A DNA stretch of 64,000 bases from an uncultured Candidatus Rokubacteria bacterium (GTDB lineage: Bacteria; Methylomirabilota; Methylomirabilia; Rokubacteriales; DASRDR01), in NCBI GenBank assembly GCA_963799055.1, contig CAWCVP010000013.1, positions 7,866-71,865 on the forward strand. The letters run 5' to 3'. Both the position numbers and the translations under genes were made by a program. The notes under the pieces are model-generated. The model was not told the origin of the DNA. It did not search any database and saw nothing but the letters and a program-made list of their open reading frames with translations. The stretch's first letter is position 1. Every line of letters starts with the position of its first letter. Below, piece after piece: positions 20,275 through 29,705 of this stretch.

Positions 20275-20285
20275 CGGAGGGCGCG

Positions 20286-20556
20286 ATGAAGAGGATCTGG
20301 ACCCAGTTCGGCATCGCCCTCGTCGCTCCGATACTCCTGTGGAGCGGAACGGCCTTCGGGCAGGCCGCGAAGCCTCCCGTCCACCAGGGCAGCACCCCGA
20401 GCAGCGTCGAGGGCCAGGTGGTCAAGATCGACAAGCCCACGGGGCGGGTGACCATCAAGGCGTCCGACGGCTCGACGCACGAGTTCACAGGCGTCCAAGG
20501 AGACGCTCGACGATCTGAAGGTGGGCGACCGCATCGAGGCGCGGCTCCGCCAGTAA
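20286..20556 (+). CDS. small secreted hypothetical protein; apparent frameshift near 20492
   Basis: Signal peptide MKRIWTQFGIALVAPILLWSGTAFG. VEGQVVKIDKPTGRVTIKASDGSTHEFT continues after a 1-nt shift as SKETLDDLKVGDRIEARLRQ, then TAA (20554..20556). Confidence 0.5.
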
Positions 20557-20653
20557 CGCGGCGGAGCCACACGGTCCCAGGCCTTAACCGGCTCGGGGCC
20601 GAGCGTGACCGGGCGACGGCACTTTTGACTAGGGAGAGCCGACGCACGGTCTG

Positions 20654-20690
20654 GAAGGCCCGGCGGATGACGCCGGGCCTTCCTCTTTTT
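20654..20690 (+). terminator. intrinsic terminator
   Basis: 12-bp stem GAAGGCCCGGCG / CGCCGGGCCTTC with loop GATGA, followed by CTCTTTTT. Confidence 0.65.
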
Positions 20691-20698
20691 CGGGGCCC

Positions 20699-21493
20699 CT
20701 AGCTCGGGCGCGTGAGGTAGGGCACCCACCGGGCGAGCACGGCGGCCAGCGTGCCGTCGCGCCGCCAGACGGCGAGGCTCTCGTTGACCTGGGCCAGGAG
20801 CTCCGGGTCGCTGCGGCGCACGCCCCAGGCCAGGTGCTCCTTGTTCAGGAACTGCCAGATCCCGGCCAGGTCCGCCTCGTTCGCGGACACGAGCCACGCG
20901 ATCGAGGGTGCGTCGTGCACGAACACATCGACCGTGCGGCGTCGGAGGGCCAGCGCGCCGTCGCTCGCCACCGTGAGGAGCACCCGCTGCGCGTTCGGGA
21001 AGTTCTGCTGCACGAAGACGTCGCCGGTCGTCCGCTCGATGACGCCCACCGGGACCTGCGCCTGGAGCAAGACCTCCTGCGAGGGGTAACGCCGGGCATC
21101 CTCGGCGCGCACCGCGGCCACCAGGCCGGCCTCGAGATACGGCTCCGTGAACGCGATCCGCACGGCCCGCGCGTCCGTCACCGACATCCCCGACATGATG
21201 ATGTCGGTCCGCCCGGCGAGGAGCGCGTCGATCTGCTGGTCCCACGGCACCTCGACGAAGTGCGCGGGCCGGCCCAGCCGGGTGGCCAGGAGGCGCGCGA
21301 GCTCCGCCTCGACCCCCGCGACCTGGCCGGCCTGCCGGAAGACGATGGGCGGATACGTCGACGTGACGCCGACCTTGAGGGCGTTCGGCGGGATCTCGAC
21401 CGACTCGGGCGCCCGGTAGTAGTCCTGGACGCAGCCCGCCGACACGGACACGGCGACGAGCAGCGGGACGAGCCGCAGGAACCGATGGACCAT
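20699..21493 (-). CDS. family-3 (polar amino acid type) ABC transporter substrate-binding lipoprotein
   Basis: MVHRFLRLVPLLVAVSVSAGC lipobox. KVGVTSTYPPIVFRQ...VPWDQQIDALLAGRTDIIMSGMSVT...AWGVRRSDPEL pattern. Intact. No cognate permease or ATPase nearby. Confidence 0.8.
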   Translation of the reverse strand: MVHRFLRLVPLLVAVSVSAGCVQDYYRAPESVEIPPNALKVGVTSTYPPIVFRQAGQVAGVEAELARLLATRLGRPAHFVEVPWDQQIDALLAGRTDIIMSGMSVTDARAVRIAFTEPYLEAGLVAAVRAEDARRYPSQEVLLQAQVPVGVIERTTGDVFVQQNFPNAQRVLLTVASDGALALRRRTVDVFVHDAPSIAWLVSANEADLAGIWQFLNKEHLAWGVRRSDPELLAQVNESLAVWRRDGTLAAVLARWVPYLTRPS

Positions 21494-21702
21494 TCGACGC
21501 CCCTCTCCCGGCACGGAGGCCATGGTGATCACCCGGCAGCGATCATAGCAGCCGGGGCCGGGGCGCGTGCCTAGTCCATAGGCAGGGTGCCCTCTCCGGC
21601 GTCACCGGACGCCGGCCCGGTCGCCGCCGGCCGCCGGGTCGGTCGCCTGGAAGTGCCGATCATCGCTGGCCGTGGAGCCCTTCCGGCACTCGCCGCCCGC
21701 GC

Positions 21703-21719
21703 CGGCATCCCCCTTGCTA
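21703..21719 (+). promoter_or_regulatory. candidate sigma-54 (-24/-12) promoter for glnK-amtB
   Basis: CGGCAT-CCCCC-TTGCT matches TGGCAC-N5-TTGCW with the GG and GC correctly spaced. About 120 nt upstream of the glnK ATG. Confidence 0.35.
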
Positions 21720-21824
21720 CCCTTCCGCGCCGAGTCACGAGACGCCGTCGCGCTCGGCCGGCGACGGCGCCCGCTCGAGATGCCCGTCCTCGCCCGGTCC
21801 CCCGGGAGGCGGGGCGACCACTGA

Positions 21825-22178
<354 letters not shown>

Positions 22179-22244
22179 CTCGAGGGTGTGATGACGCGGT
22201 CCACGAATCGACAGCCAGCCCGCTCGGGCTACTCAGGAGGGCCA

Positions 22245-23720
22245 ATGGTGTCTCGATCCCGTCGAATGCTCGTCGCCTCGGCGTTCCTCTCCATCGTGGC
22301 TCTCGCCCTCGGTGCCTCCGATGGGCTGGCGCAGCAGGCGCCCGCGCCGGCGCCGGCCCCGGCCCCCGCCGCGGCGCCCGCGCCCGCGGCGCCCGCGCCG
22401 CCGGCGCCGAAAGTCGACTCGGGCGATACCGCCTGGGTCCTCACGTCCTCGGCCCTGGTGCTCATGATGACCGCGCCGGGGCTCGCGCTCTTCTACGGCG
22501 GCATGGTGCGCCGGAAGAACGTGCTGGCCACCCTCATGCAGTCGTTCATCCTGATGGCCCTCATCTCGGTCCAGTGGGTCCTCTTCGGGTACAGCCTCGC
22601 GTTCGGCCCCGATCTGGGCGGTATCGTCGGGAGCCTCGAGTGGATCGGGCTGTCGGGCGTCGGCGTCGAGCCGAACGCCGACTACGCGGCGACGATCCCC
22701 CACCAGGCGTTCATGGTCTTCCAGCTCATGTTCGCCATCATCACGCCCGCCCTGATCACGGGCACGTTCGCCGAGCGGATCAAGTTCTCCGCGTTTCTTC
22801 TCTTCTCGCTCCTGTGGGCCACGCTGATCTACGCTCCGCTCGCTCACTGGGTCTGGGGCGTCGGCGGCTGGATCCGGGCCCTCGGGGCGCTGGACTTCGC
22901 CGGGGGCACGGTCGTCCACATCTCGTCCGGCGTCTCCGCCCTCGCCGCCGCGCTCGTGATCGGCCGACGGAAGGGCTACGGCCGCGAGCCGATGCCGCCC
23001 CACAACCTGCCATTCACCGTCATCGGCGCGGCAATGCTCTGGGTCGGCTGGTTCGGCTTCAACGCGGGGAGCGCGCTCGGCGCCGGAGGCCTCGCGGTGA
23101 CCGCGTTCGTCACCACGAACACGGCGGCGGCCGCGGCCACGCTCGCGTGGATGTTCGCCGAGTGGGCGATCCGCGGCAAGCCGACCGTCCTCGGCGCCGC
23201 GTCCGGCGCCGTCGCGGGGCTCGTCGCCATCACGCCGGCCGCGGGCTTCGTCGGGCCGGTCTCGGCGATCCTGATCGGCATCGGCGGCGGCGTGCTCTGC
23301 TTCGCCGCCTGCAACCTGAAGTCGAAGTTCGGGTACGACGACAGCCTGGACGTCGTCGGCGTCCACGGCATCGGCGGCACCTGGGGCGCGATCGCGACCG
23401 GCCTCTTCGCCTCCAAGGCCATCAACGAGGCGGGCGCCGACGGGCTCTTCGCGGGGAACCCGGGGCTTCTCGGCTCCCAGCTCCTGGCGGTGGTGGCGAC
23501 GTGGGTGTTCGCGTTCGTGGGCTCCGTCGTCCTGCTCAAGATCGTCGACGCCGTGGTCGGGCTCCGGGTCACCGAGGAGGACGAGTTCGCCGGGCTCGAC
23601 ATCTCGCAGCACTCGGAGAACGCGTACGCCCTCGAAGGCGGGTACGGCGGCGTGAGCGCTCACGTCGAGCCCCCCGCGCGGCGGGAGGGGGCGCCGGTCC
23701 TGTCCTCGCACCGTCCGTAG
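22245..23720 (+). CDS. amtB: ammonium transporter
   Basis: AGGAGG then ATG at 22245. Signal peptide, then an Ala/Pro-rich linker, then DSGDTAWVLTSSALVLMMT.PGLALFYGG, DFAGGTVVHISSG, WFGFNAGS, VHGIGGTWG. Intact. Confidence 0.95.
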   Translation: MVSRSRRMLVASAFLSIVALALGASDGLAQQAPAPAPAPAPAAAPAPAAPAPPAPKVDSGDTAWVLTSSALVLMMTAPGLALFYGGMVRRKNVLATLMQSFILMALISVQWVLFGYSLAFGPDLGGIVGSLEWIGLSGVGVEPNADYAATIPHQAFMVFQLMFAIITPALITGTFAERIKFSAFLLFSLLWATLIYAPLAHWVWGVGGWIRALGALDFAGGTVVHISSGVSALAAALVIGRRKGYGREPMPPHNLPFTVIGAAMLWVGWFGFNAGSALGAGGLAVTAFVTTNTAAAAATLAWMFAEWAIRGKPTVLGAASGAVAGLVAITPAAGFVGPVSAILIGIGGGVLCFAACNLKSKFGYDDSLDVVGVHGIGGTWGAIATGLFASKAINEAGADGLFAGNPGLLGSQLLAVVATWVFAFVGSVVLLKIVDAVVGLRVTEEDEFAGLDISQHSENAYALEGGYGGVSAHVEPPARREGAPVLSSHRP

Positions 23721-23747
23721 CGCGAGGATCATCGACGTCAGGCCGTG

Positions 23748-23779
23748 GCCGGCCGCCGGGGGTGACTCCGGCGGCCGGC
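23748..23779. terminator. GC-rich hairpin between convergent amtB and the DUF456 gene
   Basis: 12-bp arms GCCGGCCGCCGG / CCGGCGGCCGGC with an 8-nt loop. No U-tract, so function as a terminator is only inferred from position. Confidence 0.35.
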
Positions 23780-23785
23780 GCCGTC

Positions 23786-24280
23786 TTACCGCAGGTAGGC
23801 GACGGCGAAGACGCCGATCATCGCCAGGACGAGGGCGAGCCGGCCCGCCGTCCCGAGCAGGAGACCCAGCCACGCCCCGAGGCCGGCGCGACCCGCCTGC
23901 CGCACGTCGCGGCGCGCGATCAGCTCCGCCGCGAACGCGCCGAGGAACGGCCCGACCAGGAGCCCGACGAGGCCGAAGAACAGCCCGCCCAGCGTGCCGA
24001 GCAGCGCGCCGAGCACGCCCCACCAGCTGGTCCCCAGGCGCCGAGCCCCCACCGCGGTCGCGGCGACGTCGAGGGCGTACGACGCCGCCGTGAGCGCAGC
24101 CAGGACGGCGAGGATCCCGAAGCCCACCCGCGCGAACCCGTCGATCCAGGCGGCGAGCACGAGGCCGGCGAGCACCAGGATCGCCCCGGGCAGGCCCGGC
24201 AGCACGGTGCCGGCCACGCCGACCAGGACCAGCCCGATGGCGAGGACCCAGAGCATGAGGGCGCCGGCCGACCCCTCCAT
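23786..24280 (-). CDS. DUF456-like small integral membrane protein
   Basis: 164 aa, four hydrophobic segments. LPGLPGAILVLAGLVLAAW and GPFLGAFAAELI motifs. Intact. Confidence 0.7.
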   Translation of the reverse strand: MEGSAGALMLWVLAIGLVLVGVAGTVLPGLPGAILVLAGLVLAAWIDGFARVGFGILAVLAALTAASYALDVAATAVGARRLGTSWWGVLGALLGTLGGLFFGLVGLLVGPFLGAFAAELIARRDVRQAGRAGLGAWLGLLLGTAGRLALVLAMIGVFAVAYLR

Positions 24281-24287
24281 CGGCAGC

Positions 24288-25145
24288 TCAGCGCCGGAGC
24301 GGCGTCACGACCTCGTTCCAGAGCCGGCGGGCGCCCGCCGCGCTGTACGGGATCGGGCAGGTGAAGATGAGGTGGGTGGCCCCCGCCGACACGAACTCGC
24401 GCCCGAGGGCCACCAGCTCGCCCGCGCCGTTCTGGAGGGCGTCCGGCCCGAACTGGATGGAGCGCTCGACGGCCGCCGGCTCGCGGCCGGCTTCGCGGCA
24501 GTAGCCGTCGAGAAGCTCCGAGAGGCGACGGAACTCCGCGGGCGTGCCCTTGGACATGTTCCACTCCTGGGCGTGGCGCGCGACGATCCGGAGGCCGACC
24601 TTCTCCCCGCTGGTCCCGAGGACGAGCGGCGGATGCGGCCGCTGCACCGGCTTCGGCTCGTGGAAGGCCTCGCGCACCTGGTAGTGGACGCCCTCGACCG
24701 TCGCCCGCGTCTCGGTCCAGAGCGCCCGCAGGATCCGGCAGGCCTCGTCCAGCCGGCGCATGCGCTCGCCGAGGGGCGGGAGCGGGAGGCCGTACTGCCG
24801 GTGCTCGTCCTCGTGCCAGCCCGCGCCGAGACCGACCTCGACCCGGCCGCCCGACACCACGTCCACGGTCGTGGCGATCTTCGCGAGGACGGCGGGATGG
24901 CGGAACGTGTTCGCGGTCACCATGAGGCCGCCGCGGATCCGCCGCGCCTCGGTGAGGAGCGCCGTCAGGATGGTCCAGCCCTCGTCCTCGTGGCGGGCGG
25001 GGTCGTTCTGGTTGAGGAGGTGGTCGTGCGCCCACGCGGTGTCGAACCCGAGGCGGTCGGCCTCGAGCCAGGCGTCACGGATCTCCGCATAGGTGCCGCC
25101 CATCTGGGCGACCTTCAAGCCGAACCGGAGGCGCTTCGAGGGCAC
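24288..25145 (-). CDS. luciferase-like (LLM class, probably F420-dependent) oxidoreductase
   Basis: FDTAWAHDHL...TANTFRHPAVLAKIATTVDVVSGGRVEVGLGAGW...RLDEACRILRALW. Intact, 285 aa. Confidence 0.85.
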   Translation of the reverse strand: MPSKRLRFGLKVAQMGGTYAEIRDAWLEADRLGFDTAWAHDHLLNQNDPARHEDEGWTILTALLTEARRIRGGLMVTANTFRHPAVLAKIATTVDVVSGGRVEVGLGAGWHEDEHRQYGLPLPPLGERMRRLDEACRILRALWTETRATVEGVHYQVREAFHEPKPVQRPHPPLVLGTSGEKVGLRIVARHAQEWNMSKGTPAEFRRLSELLDGYCREAGREPAAVERSIQFGPDALQNGAGELVALGREFVSAGATHLIFTCPIPYSAAGARRLWNEVVTPLRR

Positions 25146-25168
25146 GGTCGTCTCCTTCTCGAGATGGC

Positions 25169-25963
25169 TCAGACGCGTGTGAGCTGCGAGAGTCCGGGCA
25201 GGCGGCCGAGGAGATTGCCGGTGAGGCCGCCGTCGACGATCAGGTCGTGGCCGTTGACGTACCGGGCGTCGGACGAGAGCAGGAACGCGATGACCGCCGC
25301 CATGTCGTCCGGCACGGCCACGCGCCCGAGCGGCACGAGGTCGTCCCGCTCCTTGGCGATCCCGGGGTCGGCGTAGACGCGCACGCTCATCCCGGTGCGC
25401 GTCATGCCGGGCGAGATCGTGTTGACGCGGATGCCGTCCCGCCCGAACTCCTGGGCGAGCACGCGCGCCAGCATGATGACGGCCGCCTTGCTCGGGGCGT
25501 AGGCGCCGAGGCCCGCGTGGACGTGGGTGCCCGACATGGAGCCCACGACCACGATGGCGCCGCCCGACGTCCGGAGCGCGGCATGGGCGGCCTTCGCCAG
25601 GAGCCAGGTCGCCCGGGTGTTGACGGCGAAGAGCCGGTCCCAGTCCTCCACCGCGTACTCGACGAGCGGCCCGGGCCGGTTGATGCCGGCGTTGCTCACG
25701 AGCCCGTCGAGCCCGCCGAAGCGGGCGACCGCCTCCCCCACGACGCGCCCCGGCGCGTCGGGCGTCCCCATGTCGCCCTGGAGCGGGAGCGCGTCGGCGC
25801 CCAGCTCCCGCAGCTCGGCGACGAGGCTCTCCAGCTGGGCCGGCGCCACGACGTCCACCGCGGCCACCTTGGCAGTCCGGCCCGCCGCCTTGGCGTCACG
25901 CGCGAGCCTGACACACGTGGCACGGCCGATCCCGCTCGCCGCTCCGGTCACGAGCACCCGCAT
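25169..25963 (-). CDS. SDR-family oxidoreductase
   Basis: MRVLVTGAASGIGRA, NAGI, and the S...YAPSKAA catalytic pattern. Intact from ATG 25963. Confidence 0.85.
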   Translation of the reverse strand: MRVLVTGAASGIGRATCVRLARDAKAAGRTAKVAAVDVVAPAQLESLVAELRELGADALPLQGDMGTPDAPGRVVGEAVARFGGLDGLVSNAGINRPGPLVEYAVEDWDRLFAVNTRATWLLAKAAHAALRTSGGAIVVVGSMSGTHVHAGLGAYAPSKAAVIMLARVLAQEFGRDGIRVNTISPGMTRTGMSVRVYADPGIAKERDDLVPLGRVAVPDDMAAVIAFLLSSDARYVNGHDLIVDGGLTGNLLGRLPGLSQLTRV

Positions 25964-26010
25964 GCGTCTCTCCCTTCCAGGTGAAGTGCGCCAGGAACCA
26001 GGTCCGTCGG

Positions 26011-26837
26011 TCAGCCGAGCCAGCCGAGCAGGCACTCGGCGAGCGCGCGCGGGGCGTCGAAGGTCACGTGGTGGTGGGCGCCCGGGATCTCCTCGAGCGT
26101 CGCCGCGGGCAGCACCTTGGTCATGCGGAGGGCGACGTCCCGGTCGAGGATCGTGCTGTGCTCGCCCCGCACCACCAGGGTCGGCACGGTGATCGCCGGC
26201 AGCAACGGCCAGCAGTCGACCGGGATTCGCGTCCGCTCGCAGGCCGGATCGAAGCGGTAGCGCCAGCGGCCCGACGGCAGGCGCACGAGGCCCCGGCGCG
26301 CGATGCTCCGGAGGAGCGCGGGCGAGGCGAGCGTCTCCGATGGGCGCAGCCGGAAGCGGGCCAGCGCGGCGGCCCGCGTCGGGAACTCCGTCGGCGGGCC
26401 CGGGGCGCGGCGCTGGAGCGCCCGGAGGCGCTCGAGGTTGACGTGGGGCCGCGCGTCGAGGACGACCAGGCGGGCGAGCCGGTCCGGGTGCCACCCGGCG
26501 AAGGCCATCGCGCAATGGCCGCCCATGGAGTGGCCGGCCACGATGACGTCCTTCAGCTCGAGCCGCTCGATCACCCCGATCAGATCGGCGGCAAAATCCT
26601 CGCTCCGGTAGGCCGGAGGCCGGGGCCACGCGCTCCGCCCGTGGCCGCGCCAGTCGAGAGCCAGCACGCGCAGGCGGTCCGGCGAGATGTGGCGCGACGG
26701 GGTCCCACCAGTGCGCGTGCGCGGCCGCGCCGTGGAGGGCCAGGAACGGCTGGCCGTCACCTCCCCAGTCGCGATAGCGAAGGCGGAGGCGGCCGACGGT
26801 GACGAAGCGGTCCCGAGGTCTCGCGGTGGCCGGACAT
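26011..26837 (-). CDS. alpha/beta hydrolase; two apparent frameshifts (about 26805 and 26680)
   Basis: MSGHRETSG / DRFVTVGRLRLRYRDWGGDGQPFLALHGAAAHAHWWDPVAPH / PDRLRVLALDWRGHGRS...AGHSMGG...GAHHHV lie in three consecutive frames. Confidence 0.7.
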
Positions 26838-27194
26838 CCCTCCGATTATGCCGCGACCCGACCGATCGTGCCGGGAGCGGATCGAGCCGGCCGGCTGGGC
26901 CGCCCATCGGCCTCCCACGGAGGCCGCGGTCTACCCGCATCAGCCGTATCCTCCACCGCACGCGGGGCACACCGGAGGTACGGGCTGCCCGCGAGACGAG
27001 GCCGCAGAGGTCGCAGACGGCGACCTCCTCCGGGCCCGATCCGGACGAAGACCGTGCCTCGACGCGACGGGGCAGCGCCGGCGCAACCTCCGGCGGCGCG
27101 GGCGCCGCCGACGCGAGGTCGACGGACGCGGCGACGGGGGCGTCAGGCCTCTGCTGACCGGCACCCTGCTGCGTCGCGCCCGACGCCACGAGGG

Positions 27195-27506
27195 CTACGC
27201 GACCTCTTCGAGCACCGGCTCGAGATCCGGCGTCGCATCCTCGGCCGGCGCGTCGTTGACCTGCGCCCAGACGCGGTAGAGCTCGGCGACGGCCTCCCGC
27301 CAGCGGAGGAGCGTCCCGTCCGCCGCGCAGAGCTCGGCGTAGAGCGTCCCCACCTCGCGCTCCGCGCGCTCCATCGCGTCGCGCCACGCGGGGTCCTGCG
27401 CCACGAGGCGCTCGACGCTTCCCGAGCGATAGCCTCGTCCCACGGCGCGGGTGACAGCCTCCAGATCGCCACTCGCCATCGTCTCCAGCAGTCCTGCGCG
27501 CTTCAT
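27195..27506 (-). CDS. hypothetical helical protein (103 aa), possibly longer
   Basis: GAGGAGG RBS 6 nt before the ATG. Coding-like composition. No family recognised. See the finding on a possible zinc-ribbon continuation. Confidence 0.45.
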   Translation of the reverse strand: MKRAGLLETMASGDLEAVTRAVGRGYRSGSVERLVAQDPAWRDAMERAEREVGTLYAELCAADGTLLRWREAVAELYRVWAQVNDAPAEDATPDLEPVLEEVA

Positions 27507-27558
27507 CGGCCACCTCCTCGTTGCCCTGACCAGCCTCGGGCTCGTCTGTTCACGGTGG

Positions 27559-27587
27559 ATGCTAACATCTGTTTAGTGCTCTGACAA
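27559..27587 (-). promoter_or_regulatory. candidate sigma-70 promoter for the 27506 gene
   Basis: Minus strand reads TTGTCA-N17-TAGCAT, inside the most AT-rich stretch of the window. About 50 nt upstream of the start codon. Confidence 0.3.
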
Positions 27588-27675
27588 TCCGCCATATCTT
27601 GTAGCTGAGCAATCGACGTGCCACGACCCGAAGTATTCACGGGGATCCTGCGGGCCCATCGGCCCTGATCGCCGG

Positions 27676-28882
27676 GTGGCGTACCCTGTGGAGACCATGG
27701 CGCCCACCGCCGAGCCCACGGTCTGGCTCGTCTTCCTCGCCAAGGCGGTGCGCACCTTCTGCTACGGCTACCTCGGGGTCCTCCTGCCCCTCCACCTCGC
27801 CGCGCTCGGGCTCGGCCCGACCGGCATCGGGGTGGCCGTGACGCTGACGCTCGGCGCCAGCGCGCTCCTCACCCTGCTCATCCGGCGGCCCGCCGAGCGG
27901 CTCGGGAGCCGGGCCGCCCTCGTCCTGCTCGCGGGGCTCACGGTGGCGGCCGGCGTGCTCCTCGCGACGGCGCGCACGCCCGCCCTCGTCGTGCTGGCGG
28001 CGATGCTGGGCAACGTGGCGGTCAGCGCCGGCGAGACCGGGCCGTTCCTGTCGATCGAGCAGGTGCTCGTCGCGCGGGCCGCCGCCGGCCGGGATCTGAC
28101 GCTCCGCATGAGCCTCTACAACCTCGTGGGATACGTCGCCATGGGCCTGGGCGCCCTCGTGGTCGCGGTGCTCCCCGGGAGCAGCTACGGGCCGCTCTTC
28201 TGGCTGTTCGCGATCTCGGGGGTCGTCCAGGCGCTCTTCTACCTGCGGCTGCCGGACGCGCCCGTCCGGCGCCCGGGGAGCGGCGTCCCATCCTTCCCGT
28301 CACGCCGCCTGATCTACCGCATCGCCGCCCTCTTCGCCCTCGACTCCTTCGCGGGCGGCTTCGTCCTCCAGAGCCTGCTCGTCTACTGGCTCTACGCGCA
28401 CTTCGCCCTCACCCCGGCCGCGATCGGCTCGGTGTTCGCCGCGGCGCAGCTCTTGACGGCGTGCTCCGTCCTGCTCGCCGTGCGGGCCGCCCGCTGGTTC
28501 GGCCTCGTCAACACCATGGTGTTCTCGCACCTGGCCTCGAACGTCCTCCTCATCGCCATGGGGTTCGCGCCGACGGCAGGCGCGGCGGTGGGCCTCCTGC
28601 TCGTCCGGGCCCTCCTCTCGCAGATGGACGTGCCGACGCGCCAGGCGTTCCTGATGCTGGTCGTGCGGGACGACGAGCGAGAGGCGACGGCCACGGTCAC
28701 CAACGCCGGCCGGACGATCGCCCAGGCCGTGAGCCCGACCTTGACCGGCTACGTGATGCAGGCGGTGTCGCTCTCCGCCCCCTTCGTGCTCGGGGGGCGT
28801 GCTGAAAATTGTCTACGACCTGCTGCTCTACGACACCTGCCGCCGTGCGATGCCGGTCAGCGCGCCCGAGCGCGCGGACTGA
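27676..28882 (+). CDS. MFS transporter; apparent frameshift near 28795 in a G6 run
   Basis: About 12 hydrophobic segments, MFS-like loops (LIRRPAERLGSR, VRAARWFG). The last helix and tail, VLKIVYDLLLYDTCRRAMPVSAPERAD then stop, are recovered in the +1 frame. Confidence 0.8.
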
Positions 28883-29633
28883 ACCGCATCATCACGCGGT
28901 CGACGAGACCGGGCGACACGGCGTTCGCGAGGAAGAGGAGCCGGGCCGGCAGGAAGGGGTGCACCTCGGCCCGCGGCCGGCGGATGGCGCGGACGATGGC
29001 GCGGGCCACGTGGTCGGCGCTCTGGATGGGCCCGCCCCGCCCGGAGACGCCGAGACGGTTCAGCTCGATGTCGTGGAACTCCGTGGCGGTGCCGACCGGG
29101 CAGACGCACGTCACGTGGATCCCCGTCCCCCGGAGCTCCATGCGCAGCGTCTCGGAGAACCCCACCAGGGCGAACTTCGACGCGACGTAGGCCGCGCGGA
29201 AGGGGCTGGCGCGCTTGCCGAGCACCGAGGCCACGTTGACGATGTGGCCCCGGCCCTGCCGGCGCATGTGCGGGAGAGCGGCCAGCACGCCGTGGACGGC
29301 GCCGTGGAAGTTCACCCGCATGAGCCGCTCGTACTCGGCCGGCGTCGTCTGCTCCACCGGCGCCAGGACGCCGACGCCGGCGTTGTTCACCAGGACGTCG
29401 AGGCGCCCCCACGCGGCGACGGTCCCGTCGACCAGCTCCCGGATCGCCGCCTCGTCGGCGACGTCCGTAGGGACGACGCGCGCCTCGCCGCCCGCGGCCC
29501 GCACCTCGTCGGCCACCCGGGCCAGCCGGCCCGCCCGCCGCGCCGCCAGCGCGACGCGCATCCCCGCGCGGGCGCACTCGACCGCGGTCGCCGCCCCGAT
29601 CCCGCTCGACGCCCCCGTCACGATGACAACCAA
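28857..29633 (-). CDS. SDR-family oxidoreductase
   Basis: VVIVTGASSGIGAA, NNAG, S...YVASKFA. Intact, TTG start. Its 3' end overlaps the convergent MFS gene by about 26 nt. Confidence 0.85.
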   Translation of the reverse strand: MVVIVTGASSGIGAATAVECARAGMRVALAARRAGRLARVADEVRAAGGEARVVPTDVADEAAIRELVDGTVAAWGRLDVLVNNAGVGVLAPVEQTTPAEYERLMRVNFHGAVHGVLAALPHMRRQGRGHIVNVASVLGKRASPFRAAYVASKFALVGFSETLRMELRGTGIHVTCVCPVGTATEFHDIELNRLGVSGRGGPIQSADHVARAIVRAIRRPRAEVHPFLPARLLFLANAVSPGLVDRVMMRFSPRARAR

Positions 29634-29636
29634 ACC

Positions 29637-29704
29637 CGGGGTCAGGCCCTGACTTCTGATTTCCGAGACGTCGCTGAGACAGTCAAAATCCGGGCCTGAC
29701 CCCG
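29637..29704. repeat. palindromic intergenic element, copy 2 (GGGGTCAG...CTGACCCC family)
   Basis: 13-bp arms CGGGGTCAGGCCC (29637..29649) and GGGCCTGACCCCG (29692..29704). Inner TGACTTC ... AGTCAAA words are shared with copy 1. Fills the whole spacer between two SDR genes. Confidence 0.75.
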
Positions 29705-29705
29705 T

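Noticed and set aside
22320-22410. Repetitive GCGCCCGCG/GCCCCGGCC stretch that might be a tandem repeat or array
   Set aside because: It is in frame inside amtB and encodes an Ala/Pro-rich linker (APAPAPAPAPAAAPAPAAPAPPAP) after the signal peptide. It is low-complexity coding sequence, not a CRISPR or VNTR-like array.
27573-27755. 60-aa minus-strand ORF in the AT-rich spacer
   Set aside because: It overlaps the promoter region and the 5' end of the MFS gene. It has no RBS and a non-coding-like composition.
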